Of a stretch of DNA of 64,000 nucleotides, positions 25,430 through 37,850 are shown one piece after another. This DNA is from Squalus acanthias (taxonomy: Eukaryota): NCBI GenBank assembly GCA_030390025.1, contig CM059432.1, positions 25,484,001 to 25,548,000 on the forward strand. Direction: 5' to 3'. How positions within the stretch are numbered: the first letter of the stretch is position 1; each line of letters starts with the position of its first letter. Under the pieces are notes generated by a model. The model did no database searches. It was given only the letters and a program-made list of their open reading frames with translations, and had not been told where the DNA came from. Made by a program: the position numbers and the translations under genes.

Positions 25430-26100
25430 ATCTATTAATGACTTCGATCAGGGTATCAGAGCAAAATATGCAAATCGTCCAAAAATGGAGGCAGAGAAAA
25501 TAAAAAGGAACAATGCAACCTGATTCAGATGGATTTAGTTGTTTTAGGTAACTGGGCCAATAGATTACATAGTATTACATAGTATTTACAGCACAGAAAT
25601 AAGCCATTCAATCCAACAGGTCCATGCAGGTGTTTATGCTCCACACAAGCCTCCTCCCATAGAAACATAGAAACATAGAAGATAGGAGCAGGAGTAGGCC
25701 ATTCGACCCCTCGAGCCTGCTCTGCCATTCGATGAGATCATGGCTGATCATCCAAACTCAGTACCCTGTACCTGCCTTCTCCCCATATCCCTTGATACCT
25801 TTAGCTTTAAGAAATATATCTAACTATTCTTAAATATATTTAATGACTTGGCCTCAACTACCTTCTGTGGTAGAGAATTCCACAGGTTCACCACTCTCTG
25901 GGTGAAGAAATTCTTCCTCATTTCTGTCCTAAATGGCTTACCCCTTATCCTTAGATTATGACCCCTGGTTCTGGACTCTCCGACCATCGGGAACATTCTT
26001 CCTGCATCTAGTTTGTCCAGACCTGTCAGAATTTTATATGTTTCGATGAGATCCCCTCTCATTCTTCTATACTCCACTCTACTTCATCTAACACTATCAA
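25430..26100 (-). mobile_element. Cluster of nested CR1 3' ends (young copy about 25659-26075)
   Basis: EYRRMRGDLIETYKILTGLDKLDAGRMFP; (ACATAGAA)n tail; close to the 15182-16128 copy. Confidence 0.88.
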
Positions 26101-26524
26101 CATAGTGTGTCAGCTGTGGCTCAGTTGATAGCACACTCGCCTCTGAGTCAGAAGGGTGTGGGTTAACAGGCAGTTAAGTGGCTGTAATCCCCTTCCCGCC
26201 TCCAGGAGACGGGACCCGGCACGGGTCGGCTACCCGCCTCCTGGGAAGATGGCACGGAGGCAGGTTGGGGACGGGATGGGTACCCGTCCCCAGATTCTGC
26301 CATTTTCCCGGCAGTCCCGCCTCCAAACCCGCCTCCCCAGGGCTGGCAAGATCGCGCCCTATGTCTCTATTTATGAAGTCATGATGCGGAGATGCCGGTG
26401 TTGGACTGGGGTGGACAAAATTGAGAGGTCGCACAACACCAGGTTATAGTCCAACAGTTTTATTTTAAATCACAAGCTTTCGGAGTTACAACTCCTTCGT
26501 CGGGTGAAGTGAGGAGATACAGAA

Positions 26525-26980
26525 TACAGATACAGCGACCACGACACCACACAACCCTGCCACGGCAAACTCTGCAAGACATGCCAGATCATCAACACAG
26601 ATACCATCATCACACGTGAGGACACTACCCACCAGGTACATGGTACATACTCATGTGACTCGGCCAACGTTGTCTACCTCATACGTTGCAGGAAAGAATG
26701 CACCGCGGCATGGTACATCGGCGAGACCATGCAGACACTGAGACAACGTATGAACGAGCACCGCGCAACAATCGCCAGGCAGGATTGTTACCTCCCAGTC
26801 GGGGAACACTTCAGCAGTCAAGGACATTCGGCCTCGGATCTGCGGGTAAGCGTTCTCCAAGGCGGCCTTAGGAAAACACGACAACGCAAAATCATCGAGC
26901 AGAAACTGATAGCCAAGTTCCGCACTCATGAAGACGGTCTCAACCGGGATCTTGGGTTTATGTCACGATACATGACGTGA
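26525..26980 (+). pseudogene. C-terminal Cys-rich linker plus GIY-YIG endonuclease of a Penelope-like element (5'-truncated)
   Basis: Open frame PCHGKLCKTCQII...SCDSANVVYLIRCRKECTAAWYIGETMQTLRQRMNEHR...VGEHF...EQKLIAKF...GLNRD*. Confidence 0.92.
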
Positions 26981-27290
26981 TTCGGACTCGAGTCGTCGTT
27001 GGCTTGTTCACAGATGTGATTCCCAGTAAAAAAGTAAAAATTTTAAAGTTAATCGTTTTACATACAGACGGCAGCTTTTGACACGTTAGACCCCATGCGA
27101 CTCCACCTCATTGTCTCAGTTGTATCTTGCTATGTCTTTGATGTGGTACCTTCCTGGCTGACCTGATTAACTTTATCACACCTCGGCAGATAAACAGTCA
27201 GGATGATTGAATTTAGTTGTCTGCAATTGTAAGTTACACATGCATTGTTCTCTATCTATATATGCTTTGACGATTCTGTATCTCCTCACT

Positions 27291-27328
27291 TCACCCGACG
27301 AAGGAGTTGTAACTCCGAAAGCTTGTGA
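27291..27328 (+). ncRNA. Minimal hammerhead ribozyme variant (antisense copy at 26470-26507)
   Basis: TCAC-CCGACGA-A-GGAGTT(gt)AACTCC-GAAAGCTT-GTGA; stems covary with the 28490 copy; core CCGACGA deviates from CUGANGA. Confidence 0.7.
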
Positions 27329-27379
27329 TTTAAAATAAAATTGTTGGACTATAACCTGGTGTTGTGCGACCTCTCAATT

Positions 27380-27760
27380 CTATTTATGAAGCCCAGGATC
27401 CCGTATGCTTTTTTAACCATTTTCTCAACCTGCCTTGCCACCTTCAATGATTTGTGCACATATACCCCCAGGTCTCTCTGTTCATGCACCCCCCCTTTAG
27501 AAATGTACCCTTTAGTTTATATTGTCTCTCCTCATTCTTCCTACCAAAATGTATCACTTTGCACTTTTCTGCGTTAAATTTCATCTGCCACGTGTCCGCC
27601 CATTCCACCAGCCTGTCTATATCTTCTTGAAGTCTATCACTATCCTCCTCACTGTTCACTATTCTCCCAAGTTTTGCGTCATCTGCAAATTTTGAAATTA
27701 TGCCCTGTACTCCCAAGTCTAAGTCATTAATATATACCAAGAAAAGCAGTGGTCCTAGTA
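27380..27760 (-). mobile_element. CR1 RT fragment
   Basis: YINDLDLGVQGIISKFADDAKLG...WQMKFNAEKCKVIHFG. Confidence 0.9.
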
Positions 27761-27979
27761 CTTTTGAAGTGTAGTCACTGTTTTAATGTATGAAACGAGA
27801 TTGCAACATAAAAAAATGGAAGTTTATGTCAAATCAAGTGATTTCGAAAGATTTCCATCTGCGGGGATTACTACAGCGAGCCCTGCGGAGGAGCAGGGAA
27901 TCACTGACAGCAACGTCTGGAATTGCGCGTTTAACTCCTGTGAGGATGACAGAAGTTGTTGTCAGTTTCACAGAGTAAT

Positions 27980-28616
27980 CGCACTACACCAGGTTATAGT
28001 CCAACAGATTTATTTAATTTTACAAGCTTTCGGAGCTATTCGCTCCTTCCTCAGGTAAGTTAGCAGTGAGAGAATCTCCCAGAATTCACAATTTAAACAC
28101 AGACAAAATCTATTCAAATCTTTCCCTACATCAAAGACACACTAAGAGTACAGCCAAGACAATGAGATGTGTCCCAGGGGGTCCAACGTGTCAAACCACC
28201 TGCTGGCTGCATATCCTGTCAATTTGTGTTGGTTCTTGTGTTAGTCTTTTTTAAAAAAAAAAACACCTGGGAAGACCGGCCATGATGTCAAGTCACGTTC
28301 TGTATCGTGACATGAACCCGATATCGCGATTGAGGCCATCCTCATGAGTGCGTTTGACACGTTGGACCCCCTGGGACACATCTCATTGTCTTGGCTGTAC
28401 TCTTAGTGCGTCTTTGATGTAGGGAAAGATTTGAATAGATTTTGTCTGTGTTTAAATTGTGAATTCTGGGAGATTCTCTCACTGCTAACTTACCTGAGGA
28501 AGGAGCGAACAGCTCCGAAAGCTTGTAAAATTAAATAAATCTGTTGGACTATAACCTGGTGTTGTGCGACTTCTCATTTTTGTCCACCCCAGTCCAACGC
28601 CGGCATCTCCACATCA
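27980..28616. mobile_element. Non-coding Penelope-derived insertion forming a 217-bp-arm inverted repeat
   Basis: Arms 27980-28196 and 28352-28568 (about 3 mismatches); TSD TCACAGAGTAAT at 27968-27979 and 28617-28628; pseudo-LTR homologous to that of the 26381-27379 element. Confidence 0.9.
28490..28528 (+). ncRNA. Minimal type I hammerhead ribozyme (antisense copy at 28020-28058)
   Basis: TTAC-CTGAGGA-A-GGAGC(gaaca)GCTCC-GAAA-GC-TT-GTAA: CUGANGA and GAAA cores, stem I TTAC/GTAA, stem II hairpin, palindromic AGCT in place of stem III. Confidence 0.8.
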
Positions 28617-31591
28617 TCACAGAGTAATGACAGCGAACGTTGACAGCTTCCGTATCATTACAGCTGCAAACTCCAGCCCAATTATGTTTTGTTACCGGAA
28701 TCAAGCAGCTTTGGTGCGTCTCCTTGAGGACCGAGCTTCACCGATCTGAAGCTGGGATTCCACGGTGAGGTATGAGAGTCAGTGAATTGAATTAGGTTTG
28801 GTTTCAGTTTTAATTATTAGTTTTATAATTTGCTCTGTATTGTAAATTAGAAGTTACTTACTTACAATTATGTTTTTGTAGAATCAGCGGAATTTACTCA
28901 GTGTTTCTCATTGTGGTCGCTACTGCAGAAACAGCACAGGAGTAGTTTTGATTTAAACATTACTTACCCTTAACTCTTTCTATTCTTTTGCATTCTCACT
29001 TTGATTTATAAATTATGTCACAATTTATCTCACTGAGCTATTTACATTGTACAAAACAAAAAGGCAGAAATATTTTATGCGCCCCTTGGTGATACTGAGG
29101 CAGCTTTACGAAGGCAAACATTTGCAAACAGTGATCACGTGACAGATGTTAGAAAATTGTGTTCTCCATCCCCAAAGGATTAACAACTTGTCAGCATCCA
29201 AAAAACAGCCCCATTGTGGGTTTTTTTCCAAAGTGCTCCTCACTCAAAAATGTGGGCCTAAAGATTGGTTAACACCATACTCGTTTTACAGGCGTAAAAC
29301 AGGTGCCAAAGCATCCAATATGGTGGACTGGCTGTGCGCGCACATTCCACGCTGTAAGTGCGCTGCCCGCCATATTGATAAAGGCAGAAAAATAGTCCTC
29401 CTGGGCCCACATCTGAAACAGGCACTAGGCTCTTTGCAGATGCGAATAAGGGGGATAACACCTGATTGAGGCCCTATTTGCAAAATTGGTCTGCCTTGAA
29501 CACAGACGGTGTCCGGCCAGCTGCGGTCAGGAAAACGTGGTTTGACTGCGGCCTACCCAGCCATCGTTAAAAAGACCACTGGAGGCCACCACCAAAAAGG
29601 TAAGCTTGTTAAAAAATGCTGACCTGAATGTGGTGCTGGAAGAAACTGCTCACCCCCCTTTTCTCAATCGCCCACTCCTACCAATCTCATTCCCCTCTCC
29701 TGAACGCCCCCCTCCCGATCACTCCCTCCCAATTGCTCCCTCCCCTCGGTTGCTCCTGGCTCCCAATCGCCACTCCCTACCCACCCCCCCCCCACCCCCT
29801 CCGGCCAGGACCCACCCGAGGGCCACTGCCGGCAATGTAATGCCCAGAAATCCAAAGGCGATTCGCTGGTGATCTGCTTCAGGACACCCTGTAGTTGCCC
29901 ACAGCGCACCAGTCTCATTTAAATGAGGCTTGAGGCCCACTATCAAGTAGGCCTTTACCTGTTCCGGCACTGGGATTGTTCCCTGTGCCCTGTTGGCCCA
30001 AACCGGGTTCCCAGCCGAGTCATATTTTATACATCTGATGAATTGATCCATCCCATAATATATATGTAATAAAATGTCATGTGATCAAACATGACATAAC
30101 CAAAACCTTTATCAAACCTCCAGGAATACATCCAACCAGAATTAACGAACCTACTATTAAATGGATCAATGTGCTGATCAGGAAAGAAATCCAAGACCAT
30201 AGAGGATAAATTGATGAAACTATTAGCACAAAAGCAGTCGTTAGCCATAGTAAACATGTAACTAATGTACTGGGTTGCATTAACAAGGGATAGAATACAA
30301 ATCACAATGTTGGCATTGGTAAGACTCCATCTGGAGTACTGTATGTAGTTCCTATCAGCTCATTATAGCAAGAATGTTATTGTTTTTGAGAGAATGCAGA
30401 GAGAGGCTGGCAACAGGATAATTCCAGCTATTAAAAACTTAAGGATTTAGGGATTAAGGAAGGTGACCTTGTTTATCTTGGATAAGTGATGACTTTAAGA
30501 TAGCCTAATTGAGGTCTTTAAAATTATAAAGGGAATTGACAAATCAGATCCAGCTAAAATGTTCATGCTGACAAACGGTTCAAAAACTGGGACACAAGCT
30601 ACAAATGGGAAAATTAGGGTTAAGAAGGGAAGTCAGGTGATGCTTTTTCACCCCAAGGGTTGTGGAATAAGTTTCCAAGGAAGGGGACAGTGCAAGTTGG
30701 TTCAAGAGATAACTAGATGTGTTTCTGGAAAGTGGAGCGAGGGATATGGTGAGAAGGCAGAAAATAGCACCTCCCCCCATGCCACTATCACCCACCCCCT
30801 GCCTCACTTACACAACCACCGCCCCCCACACCGCCCCACCTCACCCCATCCACAAATTCAAACTTCAGTCCAGATCAGGACAATTAGAATCTTAAAACCC
30901 AAATTATACTTGGAGTTGATTAACTTTAAGAAATTACATTCATTCACTTATCCGGGTCAGATGGTCCACAACAGCATCACAGTGCTGTGGAACAGTGTAC
31001 TCTTAAGAGGTGCTTGGTTAAGGCTGCATAAGCAGAGCTGTAGATTGCATCTGACCAGTGCCCTACTGTCTAACCTTGGCGTGCTTGGTGCAGCACAGTG
31101 TAGTGAAAATGCCCAGTTTCCCAGTACTCTCATCCATCATCTTGACGGGCATGTATACACTCAAAATACTTCTTTTTTAAAATGATATCACTGATGCAAT
31201 CTTATCAAGACTGTTGCAATCCCATTGGGTTTTTAGGTAGAAAACTATTTGAATTCTGTCTCTCCTCTTAAGGACTCGGTGTTTCTAGTGGCGGTCAAGG
31301 CTCTCTGTCATTCCAGAAATATCAAACACTCATGGTTTTCATTCATACATTAAAACTATTGCATCAGGTTTGGTTAAACTTTTGAATGCAATGCCAATGT
31401 ACTTAAAAGTTCAGACTAAAGACGGCTTTCTTACTCGATGCAGCATTCTGTCACTGAGTTCATTGTCTAGTGGAGGGAAGATTCTGATGCTGAGATCAGC
31501 TTTTTACATGTTGCTCAGGTATCGCAGCTCATCAGACCCTACAAAATCATAAACCGTTCCAAGGATCATCAGCTCCCCAATTACTCAGTTG

Positions 31592-32028
31592 TGTCAATTG
31601 TGGCTCAGTGGTAGCTCTCTCATCTGAGTCAGAAGGTTGTGGGTTCAAGCCCCGCTCCAGAGACTTGAGCGCATAATCTCGGCTGACACTCCAGTGCAGT
31701 ACTGAGAGAGTGCTGCACTGTTGAAGGTGCCGTCTTTCGAATGAGACATATAACTGAGGCACCGTCTACCTTCTCAGGTGGACGTAAAAGATCTCAAGGC
31801 ACTATCCGAAGAAGAGCAGGGGAGTTATCCCCGGTGTCCTGGCCAATATTTATCATTCAACCAATAACACTAAAACAGATTATCTGGTCATTATCACATT
31901 GCTGTTTGTGGGAGCTTGCTGTGTGTAATTTAGCTGCCATGTTTCCTACATTACAACAGTGGCTACACTTCAAAAGTACTGCATTGGCTGTCAAGCGCTT
32001 TGAGACGTGCTGAGATCTTAAAAGGCGC
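31592..32028 (+). mobile_element. SacSINE1/DeuSINE-like SINE
   Basis: Collinear with 9997-10460. Confidence 0.85.
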
Positions 32029-32834
32029 CACACCTTACCAAGGGGCAAGATTCCTCGAAGTGTCTGTTAAATATGCTCATTTTTTTGCTCTGTTTTCCAC
32101 AGTCAGAGCTTTCATCTGTGTATTTCCTGGAAACATGGATACATTACAATGAATACACAATTAAAGTACCTGCACTGATGCTATGTATCTAGCTAAACAA
32201 AACATAATTCAGATCAGAAAGAGAAAACAGGTTGCCTTTATATAGCACTTTATATGCCCTAAAGTGTCTTATATTCAATTAATTACTTTTGAAGTGTAGT
32301 CACTATTGTAATGTAGGCAAACGTAACAGCCAATTTGTGTACAAAAAGGTTCCACAAACAGCAATAAGATGAATGACCAGTTAATCCCATTTTGGTGATA
32401 AGGGATAAATGGTTGATAGACCACCAAGATACTCTACTCTTCTTCAAACTTGTGCCATGGGATGACTGATAGCCACTGAAACAGTCCAACTTCATCTGGA
32501 AGTCATCTCTGAGAATGCAGCACTACTGCACTGACTAGATTAAGTTCTGGACCAGGCGGTGAACCACAGGTTTCTGGCTCAGAGGGAAGAAAGCAACTAC
32601 TGAGCCTTGCAGATCCGTAGAGTCCCATGGAAAAATGCTGCTATGGTATGAACAATGTTCGGGTTTTATGCTGCTGGGCACTCTCTCACCATGTCCAGTG
32701 AGCTGTTCAACAGCAGACAGCTGGACAGCAACGAGGTCCAGGAAGCCCCATCTCAAGGCTTTCTCAATCTGATCCCCTGGATTGTTGAATCCTGACCAGA
32801 GAAGCTCTGGTACATTAAAGGACTAAAGGACTAC

Positions 32835-33924
32835 AGCCTAGAAATTCGTTACCGCCATGAAGTGGCGAAAGAATGGCAGCCGGCGCTCTTTCGCCAGCTG
32901 GTGGTGGATCCAGCGGCGGCCGCCATTTTCAGCAGGCCGGCAGCGCTGTCGTTGCCTGCGATCGGAGAAAGTATTTTAATAAGCTGGAGCGTGACGTCAA
33001 TCGGCGTGCAATGCTGAGTAGACGCCAACTCGTCCATTTTGGAGTTCGCCACTCCCATTGCCAGCCACTCTAAACCACGCCAGTGCGTGCTGCCGCTAAA
33101 TGGTGCTTCAGCAGCATTAACAGCCATGAGGAGTCTGGCAGGACTTACGAGGATAGACGCTGACAAGTGGAAAACACCTCAGATGGATGCCAGAACTTCA
33201 AATGCCTTCTTTGCCAAGGTTCTTCTTTTAAACTTTCATTTTTTGTCCATCAATGGCGGCGGGGATGGGGGGGGGTTGCATTTTTTGGCAGCTTTCCGGG
33301 AGGCCTGCAGTGTTTGTGGGTCAGTAAATCAATGGGTGAACGTCAATGCAACGATTGAAGATGATCTGTGATAAGATCTCTTTTATCTTTATGATAGCGT
33401 CACCAGACCGTCACCCCTTAGCAAATCTGGACTCAACTGCTTAAGATTTTAAGGAATTATAAATAATTTATTCAAAATTCCATAACCAATTATTGATCAA
33501 ACAATTATTTTGTGTCGACTATGCAAGACCCACTAAAAGCTGCCACGATGATTACACAGTTAAACACTTTCAAGAGTAACATTGGGGAAAGATTCGTGTT
33601 ACAGAGAACGCGATGCATTCATTTCATAAACTATTAAAAAATCCATTAAGATCGGGTGGCAGCTAATATTTTTGGAGCAAGTACGGCAACTTTTCGGGTC
33701 GCTCCTTTCTTCCCCGTTCAGCTGCACTGCAATGGGGAGATAGAGGCGACCTTTGATCTCCTTCTGAGATTAGCGCTGCAAAGAGCACGTTACACTAGAA
33801 AATCAATGCCACGCTGATGTTAATGAGCAGGCAGGACCAAAATGCCGGTCCTGCCTGCGCTCTCTTGGCTGGCGGCCATTATCCTTGGCTGTCGCTGTTT
33901 TCAGCGTTCTCCAATTTCTAGGCC
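32835..33924. mobile_element. TIR element with GCCTAGAAATT ends; a related terminus lies at about 1-412
   Basis: AGCCTAGAAATTCG ... CCAATTTCTAGGCC; GC-rich subterminal regions around an AT-rich core. Confidence 0.65.
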
Positions 33925-36542
33925 AAAGTCTCTATAGCCCCAGTCAGAGCATTAATGAGACAGTGAGGTGGATTTTAGCATGACCTGCCTGGACCCGCCT
34001 GGTGGAAACCAGGTGGATATGTAGTTATAATCGACCGTGTGGCATACCCGTCGATGTCCCGCCTGGATCCCACTATCTTCCATTTTGACTCCCTCTGCTG
34101 GGGAGGCGAAAAATGCATTTGCCTGAAGCTGGCGGGATGCTTCCAATAACATGCAGATGAGGTTCGATGATGTCACCGGCAATGTTACCTATAAGCTGCG
34201 TGGCCACGCAGCCGCACAACTCTCTGCTGGTCCCACGCAGCCCGGGATCGGCTTTTCCAATGTCAAAGTTCTGCGCGAAACGGTGAATGGGCCACGCCGC
34301 CCCTTAAAGGGGCCGCGCACCCAAAAAAAGTTAGGGGCGACATTGGTCACCGGGTAATGACCGTAATTTTACCTCCAAGCTGAGTGGAGAAACTGCTGAG
34401 GCTTTCCCACCAGATGAGCTCAAGTCAGAAGAGGATCGGAAGCAGAAGAGGCCATTCAAGGTACGTCTTTTTACTGTCCTGTGTCGGACTAGGAGGAGCA
34501 GGAGTGCTGGGCCTCACAAGGAAAGTTTAGGTATCGCCTGTCCCAAACTCCCCTTCTTCCCTACAATGAGATTCCCCTTGGAACATTTACCTCAGTGCCA
34601 GCAGGCAGCCATTTTCCACCCGTTCTGGGAGGGAAGTCGACCAGCAGCATGGTAATGAGGGCCGATGGTTAAAATCGCCAGGGTGGTTAGCTGAGAATGT
34701 AGTTGAAACCATTGGGTTCGTGCCGGAAACTCGCTGGTCACTGGCAGTTAACCCTGTCGCCCCCCCTCCCGCAACCCCCCCCACCCGCCGCCCCCCACCG
34801 CCCCCCAGGAATTTTGATGAATCCAATTTCCCTTTAAATATGTGTGGTCCTTGTAGCTGTTAATGGATCTGATAATACTCATCCCATTGATCCAAGTATG
34901 AATCTATTTCAAAGTCATTTTAAAAAAAAGTTAGGAATAGAATTTTAGGAACACTAAGCTGTCATTAGGCCCAACTTCTCATGGACTTGCTCACCTTCTC
35001 ACTGCATCTCTCAATCCCTTCTCTCCCTAGGAATGCTTAGAATTAAATTTTGGTAGAGAAGGAGGCCATTTCGCCGATCAAGATATTGTGCATTATGCTG
35101 CTATGGTGCTGCATTTCAATGAGTAAGTAGACAGAGAAACAGTAATAAACAAAGGACGGTATTAGCCCAGAGGCTAGAGAGGCCCACAACCACACAATCC
35201 CCCTCTCCCTCTATGGCCTATAACCCCAGAATTTCAAGACCTTGTTGTGGCGTGAATTGCAAGGCAAAGACAGGAAAAGACCCACTTGTCCATCCAGCCT
35301 GTCCCACACAACTGTGATGCCTTGAGCCCACCCAAAAAGCCAATGTGGGAAGATTTATTCTGGTTAGTGTTTCCAGTTGAATTGTAAATGATTCTTTTTG
35401 AACATATTTATGATTTCACTGGTTAAGCCAAGCAAAGTAAATCTTCCTGCTCCTGGTTACAATTGTAAGAATATAAAAATGTTTTTACATTATTTTAATA
35501 AAAAACAGGACAGAACAGTTATCGTAAGCATAATTGGTTTAAACTGTGTGCTCACAAATCCTATCTTTTAAAATGAATTTATCTGCCAAAAACAATGTAC
35601 TCTTTAAGGACAGGCACATATATAGATTATTAAATAAATAAGCCAGTTGTTATTAATGATATAATATGGAGCTAAAATGGTTGAAGAGTAAAAGTAGGAA
35701 ATTACTGCCTCATAAATAAAGAAATAGTTTCCTCTTACTATAGAGATTGTAAGAGCTAAGATGTCAAAGGCGTGTACACCAAAGGCTATAACTCGGGAAG
35801 AGCAATGATAGAAAGCAAAGGTACAATGTAGCAGGACATCATTGTTGAGCAATCTGTTCGATGATCAAAAGGTCATAAAACACCCAGGAAAGTTGAACCC
35901 AGCAAGAACTGGACAATGAAAGAAAATGGTATAAAAAAAGGCCTGGATTTTGCGGTCAACGGGGAAGGAGCGACACTGGCATTCACTACGCTGACAGATG
36001 CCCACATAGTTTTTGCGGGCTTTTAAGCAGAGACTTGCTCATATCCAACATCTGATTTGGCACAGTGCCCTCTACAGGGCAGCTGTGGCAGCTATGAGCA
36101 GGGAAATAAACAACAAGGCGCTTCAACCAATTAGATTGAAGAATCCTCACTGAGACATGCACAGGGTAGGGGGGGGTGGAATTTTAACCGTCCTCGCTCA
36201 GCAGAAATCTGGCGGGTGGGCAGTTAAAATTGCCTTGATCGCAACATCTACAATTTTAATCTGATCACCTGAGCAGGCAACAAGCATCCGGGGCCAACAG
36301 GGTCCTTCTTTACATATGCAGATTGTGGCCCAATGACATTATTAAGACCCGACTGTAATTTTAACTCAGGCCTGAGCGGGGAATCCACCTGGAGTTAAAA
36401 TCGGGGCCGCGAGTCTAAACCAGGAAGTATAAAGCAGGAAGTATAAATTAGATTTAAATCATGTACAAAAAGCGAACTAAAGATTGGGAAAGATAGATGG
36501 GATTAAGAGAGAGATAAAAGAGACAGAAAGAGTAAAAACAAA

Positions 36543-37147
36543 ATACAGCAAGATCTAGGCAACATTCAGGCTTGGGCTGATAAGTGGCAAGTAACATTCG
36601 CGCCACGCATTCCACCATCTACAAGGTACAAGTCAGGAGTGTGATGGAATACTCTCCACTTGCCTGGATGAGTGCAGCTCCAACAACACTCAAGAAGCTT
36701 GACACCATCCAGGACAAAACAGCTTGCTTGATTGGCACCCCATCCACCACCTTAAACATTCACTCCCACTACCACCGGCGTACCGTGGCTGCAGTGTGTA
36801 CCATCTACAAGATGCACTGCAGCAACTCACCAAGGCTTCTTCGACAGCACCTCACAAACCCGCCTCTATCACCTAGAAGGACAAGGGCAGCAGGCACATG
36901 GGAACACCGCCACCTCCAAGTTCCCTCCAAGTCACACACCATCCTGACTTGGAAGTATATCGCCGTTCCTTCATCGTCGCTGGGTCAAAATCCTGAACTC
37001 TCTCCCTAACAGCACTGTGGGAGTACCTTCACCACATGGACAGCAGTGGTTCAAGAAGGCATCTCACCACCACCTTCTCAAGGACAATTAGGGATGGGGC
37101 AATAAATGCTGGCCTTGCCAGCGGTGCCCACATCCCATGAATGAATT
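36543..37147 (+). mobile_element. Non-LTR retrotransposon 3' fragment (CR1/L2 group, distinct family)
   Basis: TIYKVQVRSVMEYSPLAWMSAAPTTLKKLDTIQDK...HRRTVAAVCTIYKMH; AATAAA and (ATGA)n tail. Confidence 0.8.
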
Positions 37148-37850
37148 TTATTTTTTAAATCTCCAACACTTATTAACTTCTGAAGGAATGAGACTCCATA
37201 TTTGTAAATTAAATTTCAGGACCAGAGAGGTGACCCCCAGGATGTTGATGGTGGGAGATTCGCTGATGGCAAGTAATTAACACTTATCATGCCGTTAAAA
37301 ATTCAATTACTTATGAATGCACCAGCTCTAACTTTTTCTGGCATCTTTAGTGGGGATCTAGTGGGCAAGGCCCCCAAATTCACACCATTGCATTGATTTC
37401 AGTGCCGAATCTATCGGCGAGGACTGTTACAATGCACCCTGTGGAGGAGCGAGGTATCCCTGACAGCAACTTCCAAATTTCCGCGTGTAATTGCGTATGT
37501 GGGGACACCAGAAGTTGCTGTCCGATTTACTCCATAACAGCGGTGAGTGCTGATAGCCTCACCGTTGTTTCTATTGCAAAGGTTTCACTCAGTACCGAAC
37601 TTTGACTACCTTCAAGGTGAGGTAGCGTGAACAGGCTTGGATAAGCAACACTCACCATTCCCGCTAAGCTATTTACACGCAAGTTTTAGGCATAGGGATG
37701 GCCTGCACTGCTCTGCATAGTCTTAAGACCAATGTTTTGAAATAATAACTGAAATTAATTGTCAGACATACTACTGTCTCTAGCTTTTTGAATCTGTTAT
37801 GAAAAAGGATAAGGAAGGAATTACCGAACATCATAAGAACATAAGAAATA

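Larger units (their letters stand above)
26381..27379. mobile_element. Penelope-like element (Neptune-like), truncated, with inverted pseudo-LTR
   Basis: Inverted arms at about 26419-26525 and 27273-27379; GIY-YIG ORF remnant; TSD TCTATTTATGAAG at 26366-26378 and 27379-27391; the right flank is a minus-strand CR1 fragment. Confidence 0.9.

Noticed and set aside
30559..31185. 208-aa ORF
   Set aside because: Runs through a decayed CR1 3' end and a C-rich low-complexity tract; no recognisable domain.
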